Shown here in pieces: positions 1 to 9,209 of a stretch of DNA of 64,000 bases. The notes beneath the pieces were generated by a model. That model was given only the letters and a program-made list of their open reading frames with translations. It was not told the DNA's origin and did not search any database. Numbering within the stretch: the stretch's first letter is position 1; each line of letters starts with the position of its first letter. The DNA lies in the NCBI GenBank assembly GCA_010093605.1, contig MU004196.1, forward strand, positions 146,606 to 210,605. The letters are read 5' to 3'. A program made the position numbers and the translations under genes. This DNA comes from Lophium mytilinum. Its lineage: Eukaryota.

Positions 1-2
1 AG

Positions 3-497
3 TTCCCACTGTACGAGTTCTTCAAAATGAAGTTTACTGGTCTAGAAATGGGACAAGCATCAAAGGAGGAAGACATCCACTGGATTGGGATTTTAGGAGC
101 AACGTTCCTCAGTAAGATATGCGCTACCTCAGCGACATATCCCCACGAAGTCCTCCGGACGAGGCTGCAAACGCAGCAGCGCTCTTTGCCGACAGCATCT
201 CCCGAGGAAATAGCCTTCCGTGGTGGTCATGCGCATGGATATCAAACTCGACCACCAGGAACGGCATCATCCGATGGTATGGTCAACGCTCTGCGGTACC
301 GTGGCGTCATTCGAACATGTAGGACGATCTTGGCCGAGGAAGGTTGGAGAGCTTTCTATAACGGCATGGGGACCAACATGGTTCGCGCGGTGCCGGCGGC
401 CATGACGACGATGCTGACTTACGAAAGCCTTAAACAAGCAACGTTTGAGCTGAAACGCGAAGGCCAGGAGATACTAGACTTGGATCGTGCAAGATGA
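3..497 (+). CDS. NDT1: Mitochondrial carrier (SLC25), probably NAD+ transporter Ndt1/Yia6-like; 3' part only, begins upstream of the window
   Basis: Frame open from position 3 (FPLYEFFK). Carrier signature PxExxRxRLQ (YPHEVLRTRLQ) and C-terminal YRGV...EEGWRAFYNGMGTNMVRAVPAAMTTMLTYE. Subfamily is assigned from remembered similarity. Confidence 0.8.
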   Translation, partial: FPLYEFFKMKFTGLEMGQASKEEDIHWIGILGATFLSKICATSATYPHEVLRTRLQTQQRSLPTASPEEIAFRGGHAHGYQTRPPGTASSDGMVNALRYRGVIRTCRTILAEEGWRAFYNGMGTNMVRAVPAAMTTMLTYESLKQATFELKREGQEILDLDRAR

Positions 498-1697
498 GAT
501 GACAGACCATTCTTATCCCCAAAAAGCAGACTACCGAGACCTGGCCTGTGTGGGCAGAAGTTCACACTAACTTCTTACTGTTTCCAATGCGGTATATCAC
601 TCCCGTTGAGCATCATTTTCTATTCCCTTCGTCTATGTACATAGTTGACAGCATTTACCTTGGTTCTGGGTGGCTGGTCAGGAACGGATCGGTGGACGGG
701 CTTTCTAGGCGTTTGCGGCGTACTTGCTGCTATTGGAAACTTTGAAGCATGCCTAAGTGTTTGCTTCCCGAGGGCGACGCGATTGCTAGTGCACTATTGA
801 GCAGTCTAGCGTGTCTGGTTTGGCGGATGTGAGCGTTGTCGTTGCATCGATGCGGTGGGTGCTTCGTTGAAAATACTATATCGATCAAGTCTTGCGTTAA
901 CGCTGAGCGTCTGCTAGTCTTCGGCGATCTCGTTCCATTGATAAATATTTTCTAGCGGGAGCTCTCGTATATATACAGGTAGACCAACAGTTCAGTAAGC
1001 CTTCCTTACATTCATAGTTCTCACAGTTCTCAAAGTGCCCCACACAATCCAATGGGAGTACATAAATGGTTGATTCTATCATCTCTATGCCCGGCTACCT
1101 GCACTCGCATACCCTACTCAATATTTCCTCGATATCACTCACTCATTTCCTGTTTCGTGATCATATATGACAGTTGGCTAAGATTTGATACAGCTATGAT
1201 CCCTTCACTACTCATGCATTCACCCTCGACGCCAATGATCAATCAACGATGTAAAAGCGAACGAGTCAATGAACGCCTCGAGATGTCATACCCTAGCCAT
1301 ATCAAAGCCCCATGGGTAGTGTCGGTCTCTGCTGCTATGATTCACCTTCACGAACGTGGCAAAAGCCGACTCCATCAACTCACGCGCTCTCTTTTTAGTA
1401 CGGCCTCGTATCCCTACCACGAGAACTAACCTCACACCGCGAAACTCGCCAACACCTCCATGTGCCAGCGTGAGCTTGGAGACCCTTCCGCACATGACGG
1501 TACACGACTGTATGCGTGTGTACAGCCAGCAGATATAGAATACAGTCATCTTATCGAAGTCGCTATTCATATAACGTATATTCCAATAAAAAAAACAGGT
1601 AGTTCCTAGCTCAGATGTTCCAGCGATTGTAGTACTAACGGTAGATTCAGATAGAGTAGCCCTTCTCCAGGTACATTACTGTACATCGGGAGCCGGC

Positions 1698-3767
1698 ATG
1701 GAAGGTTAGTCCTCCTGACAAGGCTTATATTGCCAACGACGACACTAACCAAGCACTGTCCCCAATATAGGCCAGTTCTCGAGTACCAGTATTCTTCACA
1801 GAATCCAGGAGCGTGTCAACGCGTCGACTAGGCGCATCACCGATCTAGATGACTCCTCAAACATAAATATTCTTAGCACGCTCCAACATGAGCTAAACGA
1901 CGTGATTGCCCAGTTCTCACACTTGTCGGCATCGACTCGAAGCAGCTCATCTCTTGCTTCAACTAGCGAGGGGGCGCTAACGTCATCAAGTCAAGGCAAT
2001 GAGAGCCTGAGACGTCTTGAATTGGGAGGCGAAGAGTTCCTCATCCCAGAAAGTCTGCACGTCCAGCCCCTTAGGCCAGTGTTGATTGGTAATGACGGGT
2101 ATCCGCCTCGCATCTCGAGTCTCACAGTCTCTAGCACAGCTAGGCCCGGGTCGCCGCAGCTTCCAGAGAGCTCTAAAGGGCTTGGCTACTTCGACGTTCC
2201 AATATTCGCAGATTGGTACGTCTACACGCCTATATCTCCACCTTCTCGACGTCGCTAACGGGGATAGGGACTATCCGTCGGCCACGCCTGAATTTCCCCA
2301 GTATAAATGTCAAACGGCTCGCGTATTTACGCCCGCACACAGCTCAACAAGAACCGCACCCGCGCCGAGTGAAGTTGGCGGCTTCACTGCACGCCGCGCT
2401 AAGAGAGGATTCGTCGCACCTCCTCCTCTTCTTGACCTCCAACACCTTTCGTCTTCTGCAACAACGCACCGCAACAGGACCGTGAGCCCTGAGGTGCTTC
2501 TTTCAAACAACGTCCTTCAAGAACTCAGCGCAGAATTGCAAGCGTCGACAACCATGCCGGACGATGAGATGGCCAATCCGGACGAGAGGGAGCGCGCTAT
2601 CAACAGGGCTTTGGCGCTGTTGGAAGGAAGAGAGAGCGATGGCGCTGTCGAGGGAGACCAGCAAGAGGAGCCAATGGACCCCGCCGGGGTGTACGCACAG
2701 ATCTTCCCGCAGGGTGATCACACGGCCAGTCACCAACCCTCAACCCCACAAGGTACAGTCCCTCAGCGTCATCCTTCAAGCCCCTTCTCCCTGCCCGGCT
2801 CTATGAGTCCTCCCCCCCTCCCAGTCCGTCCCAAGCCCTTCCCGCCCAGGAACGTTCCATCGCCGACCGCCTATGATGAACTCCCACCCCTGAGAGAGTC
2901 TCAACCCGACCGCTTCATCAATCGTTACCTCGCGGACCTCCCGACACGCGCATCCGCGATGGTCGACCCGAACAACACCCACCGCTCAGTCAACCAGTCC
3001 GAAGGGTCTTACAACTCGCCTCCCTCCAGTTTCTCCGCCCTCCGCATCACCAGCCAGGAGAACAGCCCCCCAGCCCGCCCAGCCCGCCCAGCCCGCCCCC
3101 GACCGCACGCCAGCAGCAGTGCCACGTCCTCGCAATCCCCAGCCGCAATCGACGCGGAGGTGCGGTTCAAATATGCAGTACAAGGAGTCATAGCCGCATT
3201 CCTAGCCGACCGCGCGGAGCTTGAGAGAGAAGGAGAGCGCACGCATAGTCCGCGGGTACCATCAGAGATAGTCAAGTTGACGTCACGTACGGCGCAAGTG
3301 GTCTTAGATCTGGAGAAAGAGTACTCTCGAAGGGACTATATCCCGAAGGTGAATGACTGGCTCCCGCACAGCTATTGGGTTGAGAAAATGCTAACGAAGC
3401 AGGCCCGGATTGAGGAAGATCCGGCGCTTGGCACCGTCCTAGAGGACCTCAGGAAGCTGAGAGAGGAGGAAGAGACGGCCCGTTTGTTGGCAGAATTGAA
3501 GGGTGCGGTACCGAGTGTGAGGAGCCCGGCGGCGGATTCGGAGCAGAGGCCCTCTCTGCAGAAGAAGGGCTCCCAGTTCAACATCAAGAAGGTACGGTTT
3601 TGCCCAGCCTGTTGGCGTATTGAAGCCAGTCCGTAGCTAATTTGAGATAGACGTTCAAGACCGCGATGGGGTTCTTCGATCCGGCCCGGAGGAGCGGTAG
3701 TTCTGGTAGTGCGGGTAGTGAGCGGAAGGTCTCCCGGGGTGGTGAGAGTGAGCGCAGCAGCAAGTGA
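1698..3767 (+). CDS. Hypothetical Pro/Ser-rich, largely disordered protein with C-terminal helical region; 4 exons
   Basis: ATG GAA G|gttagt..ctaac..tag joins the frame of ORF 1902-2258. Intron gtacgt..gctaac..tag near 2216-2267 joins ORF 2086-3636 (W|DYPSATP). Intron gtacgg..gctaat..tag near 3591-3650 leads to TFKTAMGFF...SSK TGA at 3765-3767. Confidence 0.7.
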
Positions 3768-3789
3768 GCTGCAGCGAGATCTGGAGGCC

Positions 3790-5475
3790 TTAGAGATAGC
3801 TGGCCTGAGTTGAATACGAATCCTGAATCCTGTGCATCTAATCCCAGACTGAGTGAGATGGAAGACTGCATTTACGCTTGCCTACCACCGTTTGGGGCCC
3901 TCCGATATGGCATGAAATCTTTAAACCCGACGGTTTCCCCAAGCCTGATAGCCCGCTAGGCCACCTCAAACGGTATCAAACTGTTGTGCCATTGCGGTGT
4001 GATTTGGGGATTTGGGGATAGCTGGCCTGAATTGGATACAAATGCCGTATACCCGAGCCTGGACTATGTGAATCAGTGACTGCATTTACGCTTGCCTACC
4101 ACCGTTTGAGGTCCTCTGATAAGGCATCAAAATCTTGAAACCGACGGTTTTCCCAATCCTAATAGTTCTCCGGGCCACCTCAGACGGTGCCAAACCAGCC
4201 TACCATAAGATTATGTATACCTGCCCAGCACTATTTAAGGTCCTACATTGAATACGAATGGCATATATCTAAACCTAGAGTGTGTGAATTAAGTGACTGC
4301 TTTACGCTTGCCCACCACCGTTTAAAGTCCTCTAGCGGCGCGAAAAATAAGAGATACGATGTCAAAGTTCGGGTGGTTCAGATTGCATTGGGTTGATTTG
4401 GACGGGTTTGGGTGGTGTTTGGTACCGTCTGAAGTCCTTTGGCGATGCCAAAACTTGAGGGATACGATGTCAAATTTCGAGTAGTTCAGATTGCACTGGC
4501 TTAGTTTAGGCGGGTTTGGGAGGTGGTTGATACCGTTTGAAGTCCTCTAGCAGTGCGAAAAAATGAGCGATAGGATGTCAAAGTTCGGGTCGTTCAGATT
4601 GCATTGGTTTGATTTGAGCGGGTTTGGGTGGTGATTGATACCGTCTGAAGTCCCTTAGCGGTGTGAGAAAATGAGAGAGAGGATGTCAAGGTTCGGGTTG
4701 TTCAGATTGCATTGGGTTAATTTAGACCGGTTTGGGGGGTGGTTGATACCGTCTGAAGTCCTTTACTAGCCTACATTTTCATATTTCCCGAATCTTGCAA
4801 ACTTACTATCAGATGATGTACACCTGCTTGGTACCGTTTGAAGTCCTCTGATACACTTTCAAAAACGCGGAAACTCTCATTTGGACACTCCCAATAACCC
4901 GCTGGGCCACGTCAAACGGCATCAAACTGCACTAATATTTTTGTATTCGGTAAATCTCACTCACCTACTCTAGGATCATGTACATCTGCTCAGCACCGTC
5001 TGAAGTGCTCTGACGCTCTCTCAAAAGCTCACCTCCGGTGTGAACACTCCAAATAGCCCGCCGGGCCACCTCAACGGCATTAAAATAGACTGCTACTGTG
5101 TTTCTACTACACAACGTGAATTAAGTTGTGGACTTTAGTAAAGATTACACGCCTATTCTGTGATCATGTGCACCTGCTTGACACCGTCTGAAGCCCGCTA
5201 GCATACTCTCAAACCTCGAGACTTCCGATTTGGACGACGAGAATAGCTCTCTGGGGCACCTCAGACGATATCAAATGGGCCTACCGCTTTACGTCTGCTG
5301 CAAAGCGTGATTTGGGTCGAGGCTTCAGCGAAGCCCACACGCTTACCATAGATCATGTACATCTGCTCAGCACCGTCCGAAGTCCGCTGGCATACTTCCA
5401 AAACCTCGAAACCTCCGGTTTGCGCAACCGCAATAGCTCTCTAGGCCACCTCAAACGGTACTAAACACGTCTGCA
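3790..5475. repeat. Degenerate tandem array A: units of about 215, 108 and 162-189 bp sharing the motif ACCGTYTGAAGTCCTCTAGC, with an inverted copy about 83 bp downstream in six units
   Basis: Forward ACCG cores at 3887, 4101, 4317, 4424, 4532, 4640, 4748, 4833, 4995, 5183, 5372. Inverted cores (GGCCACCTCARACGG) at about 3970, 4184, 4916, 5074, 5265, 5455. Confidence 0.9.
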
Positions 5476-5529
5476 ACTTCATCCCTGCTGCACAGCGTAA
5501 TTTGGCGCGAAGGCTTGGGGTGGTGGACT

Positions 5530-7030
5530 TGGCTCCTGAACTGGATACGAATGCCGTGCCCCTAAATCCAATGATAGATGGTTTTACTCCTAGTTGCTCG
5601 ATGCCACCGTAGGGGGTGGCCCAGCTAGCAGGTGGCTGGGCTGTCAAAAGAACGTCCAATATCTGTTGCGTTAAGCTTTACGTTGTTTTCTTCCTTTGGC
5701 ATGCTTGAAAGATGAGTGACTACGGGATATAGTAGTGGAAGGCTTCGCTTTTGATCGATCGACGCCGCCGTAAGAGGAGGCCCAGCTAGTAGGCAGCTGG
5801 GCAGTCAAAACGATGTCTAATATCTGCTGCGTTGAGCTTCATGTTGTGTTTTTCCTTTTGCTTGCTTGAAAGATGAGTGACTGCGAGATGCAGTAATGGA
5901 AGGCTTCGTTCTTGATCGATCGACGCCACCATAAGGGGTGGCCCAGCTAGTGGGCAGCTGGGTTGTCAAAAGGATGTCTAGAGTCTGTCACGTTGAGCTT
6001 TACATCGGTTTCTTCCCTTTGCTTACTTGAGAGCAGTGTTAGGAGTAGTCCAGGTAACGCCTACCTAGTCCGTTAAAAGGATGTTCAGATCCTGATGCAA
6101 GGAACCTTGTCTTAGTTTCTTCGTTCTGCATGCTTGATACTGCTGCTAGGAGGGCCCTATTTAGCACGTAGCTAGGAAGTCAAAAGGATGTCTAATATCT
6201 ACTGCGTTACGTTGTATATTGGTTTTTTCCTTTTGGATGCTCGATAGCGCTGTATGGAGAGCCCTAACTAGCACGTAGCTGAACGGTCAGAAAGATCTTT
6301 AATATCTATTGCGTTGAGCTGTACATCATTTTCTTCCTTTTGCATGCTCGATAGCACTGTACGGAGAGCCCTAGCTAGTACGTGTTGAATTCGTCCAAAT
6401 AGAGCCTGATTCCTACTGTCGCGACCTTTACGTTAGTCGCAAGGGGTGTTTAGATATGTGTCCTGGTACTGCACTCCACGGAATCTAGTCTTGATCAATC
6501 GACGACACCGTAAGGGGTGGTCCAGCTAGTAGACTTTTAGTCGGACAAAAGGGTGGCCTAATTCCCAGGCAGTGACTTTTACGTTAGTTTCGAGGAGTGC
6601 TTAGATATATATCTTAGTACTGCACTGTACTGGTTCTACTCTTGATTACTTAAAATCACTGTCAGGGGTGGCCCAGCTATCAGGCGTTCACATGCTCATA
6701 AGATAGCATGATATACGCTACAGCGACCTTTACACACTTTCCGGAATTTTGAGCTTGAGCACCCGGATATACAGCTTTACAGGCTTCAGTCTTGATCGGT
6801 CGACACCACCGTGAGGAGCGGTCTAGCTAGTAGGTGTCTAGTCAGTCAAAAGGTAGCCAAATATATACTGCAGCAATCTTAACATTGTATTTAGAGTTCC
6901 AACTTTGGGGGCCCTGATATACCACTGCACAGGTTCCGCTCTTGCTCGGTCGATACCACCGTTAGGGGTGGCCGAGCTAGCAGGTGTGCAATGAGTCAAA
7001 ACGTAGCCTGATATCCGGTGTAGCATTGGC
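5530..7030. repeat. Degenerate tandem array B: units of 161, 107 and 150-151 bp with core GCCACCGTAAGGGGTGGCCCAGCTAG
   Basis: Cores at 5606, 5767, 5928, 6035, 6142, 6249, 6356, 6507, 6658, 6808, 6958. The core aligns without gaps to the array A motif. Confidence 0.9.
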
Positions 7031-7050
7031 TCCTACATGGCGCTTATCAT

Positions 7051-7891
7051 TCATTTCTTTGTAATCGTGTAACTGCAATGGTGTCAGCGCATAGCCTAGA
7101 GTATCCTTGGGTAGAATACTAACAGGAAGATGTTCTCGCGCCGATAAGACGCCTTGTCCGAATCATCGTTCACTTCCTTGACATCAAACTTCTTTCGAAT
7201 TGCTTTCATGAAGTGTAGGTCCGCCCTCCTCCGCTTTTTGAAGCAGAAGTAGCAAACGGTCTCCTCCCCGATGAGGTCTTCCAACGTCTTCTGAAGAAGC
7301 GGGAAGGCAGGCTCAAAGTAAACGCAATCGGCCGCAAGAATGATATCGGGATGGCTGGGAACTTCTGAAGGAGCTGGCTCGCCCCAGTCGTATATTGCGG
7401 CTTTTGCTTTCGCTTCTAGCCCATTGAGAACGATGTTCTGCTCCATCAGCGCAAACATAGGCTTCTGGTCAGTGATGAGAAGAGGCTGGTCAATCTGGGA
7501 GCCGATTGCAACGGCCAAGCTACAACTGATATTAGCATACAAAAAGTGAACAAAGCCAAGATTGACAGACCCGACGAGACCGCCTCCTGCACCAAGTTCA
7601 ACTCTGCCGACAGACTTAGCATTCTATGATCGAAATGAGCCCAGAATTGGAGCGTACAAACATCGTTTTGCCTTTCAGATTGTTTTTATGCACTAGAAGC
7701 ATGTATTTGGCGAGGACCATGCCCGCAGGCCAAAGCTGCCCCCCGCATCCATTCGATAAGTCCTCCTTGAGCTTCAGCGGAGTCGAGAGCAGTCGATCGA
7801 AGTCCACAGTCGAGACACCAGCGGCTTTGTATTCGGGAAGTTGTACCAAATCCTCACCGAAACCGATCAAGTCGCTTGGCTCGTCTTCCAT
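7051..7891 (-). CDS. EFM6: Protein-lysine N-methyltransferase, METTL21/Efm6 family; 4 exons
   Basis: GCGGQLWPAG, ELGAGGGLVG (short exon near 7570-7605), TDQ, DWG, IILAADCVYFEPAF, KKRRRAD. The last intron gttagt..ctgac..cag gives ...IFLYTITKK TGA. Confidence 0.9.
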
Positions 7892-8264
7892 GTTGGTCGA
7901 TACGAGCGTGGTTGCGGTGAGGGTGATCCACAGATGACTGGTCGGTGTGAAATAACTGCCAGGGTTCCTTGAAGAAAAAGTGGCAGTCTGCGAATTCGTG
8001 ATTACGTGTATTCTCGATTTCCGATCCTTTAGATACACTCCCACTCTAGTCTTATGTGCAGCTGTCTGGCACCTCTTGAACCCGCTTGATATATCATTGT
8101 CATTCGGAAAACGTCAATTCTAAGGTGCGGGATAGCGCTTTAGGCTACTTCAGACAAAGGCCGAATAGACTACCACTTTATATACAACGAAGCCTAGGCT
8201 GCTCTCGAACAAGTCTCGTTCACACACCTTCGTTCTTACCACCACGCGCACAAGAGCTCTTGGG

Positions 8265-8774
8265 ATGGCCCAGCTATCTAAGACTGTACCCGTTACTCAG
8301 GCTGACAGTTTCCGTATCACCGACTTGGCCGTGTTCAAACCCAAGGACCAACAACGACTCCTTACCGAAGTCAAACGCATCGAAAAGAAGACGTTCCCAT
8401 CAAGCGAGGCGTTTGACTTTGACACTGAGCTCAAGAAACGTAATACTAAAGTAACCTTAGCTGTGGTAGAGGAAGGTGGGTCGACCGAAGTCGTAGGATA
8501 TCTCGTTTTCCTTCGGATGAAGCGCATCGTTTTGCTGCACAAGATTTGTGTTTCTCAAGCAAACCGGCAACGAGGGATCGCTAAAGCAATGGTGCTATCG
8601 CTTAGATCACGTCAAGAGAAAGAGGGCGCAGATTGTATTCAGCTATGGGTTGATGAGGATCGTACTGCGGCGAGAGCGTTATACGCTTCGCTTGGATTTT
8701 GCCAACTTGACCGCTGCACCGATTACTACGGGCCCGGACGTACAGGATTGAGAATGGTCCTCCAGATCGATTGA
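8265..8774 (+). CDS. GNAT-family N-acetyltransferase (RimI-like)
   Basis: Acetyl-CoA motif A VSQANRQRGIAKAM and motif B LWVDEDRTAARALYASLGF. Single-exon 169 aa. Confidence 0.9.
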   Translation: MAQLSKTVPVTQADSFRITDLAVFKPKDQQRLLTEVKRIEKKTFPSSEAFDFDTELKKRNTKVTLAVVEEGGSTEVVGYLVFLRMKRIVLLHKICVSQANRQRGIAKAMVLSLRSRQEKEGADCIQLWVDEDRTAARALYASLGFCQLDRCTDYYGPGRTGLRMVLQID

Positions 8775-8969
8775 ATGAATTACGTCTTGTTTCCTCTGTC
8801 GGTTCCTGAGCTCTCTGTTCCAAGGAGTTTATAAGGTGGCTGGATCAAGTGGTCATCCCTTGCCTAGGGAGAACGCCCACCTTCATGTCTCCTCATTCTT
8901 ATCCACCCCCATTCCTCCACAACTGTCAAATGTTTCGGGAAGAATGGATGTAAGGTCCTGCCACCGAAA

Positions 8970-8994
8970 ACGCGTCCGACGCGATCGAACGCGC
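8970..8994. promoter_or_regulatory. Cluster of three ACGCG (MCB-like) G1/S elements upstream of AXL2
   Basis: ACGCGT 8970, ACGCGA 8979, ACGCGC 8989, about 220-240 bp upstream of the ATG. Yeast AXL2 is G1/S-regulated. Confidence 0.45.
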
Positions 8995-9209
8995 CCCGCA
9001 GGAAACCATTAATCCTGTTCGTGGTCGGCCATGACTTGCCTTAGGTGACGCCGTGTCTCAGTCGTACCTGATACTAATCCAGCTGACGGCGCTTTGGAGT
9101 ATATCTCTCGATTGTTGGAAGTCATTTGGGTCTACGAAACACTGTTTCGTTGCTCGGTACGAACCTTCAGCTTCAGCCAGGATATATGCTAATCTTGAGA
9201 GTTTAGAGG

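Noticed and set aside
3790..7030. CRISPR-like interpretation of the motif-plus-spacer array
   Set aside because: Eukaryotic context with no cas genes. Spacers are 65-215 bp and homologous to neighbours within sub-arrays, and the repeats are degenerate and occur in both orientations.
3790..7030. Decayed repeat-protein gene, or centromere suggested by the nearby CENP-N gene
   Set aside because: Periods such as 107, 151 and 161 are not multiples of 3 and there are no long ORFs. The block is short, not AT-rich and tightly flanked by genes, unlike filamentous-fungal regional centromeres. CHL4 proximity is probably coincidental.
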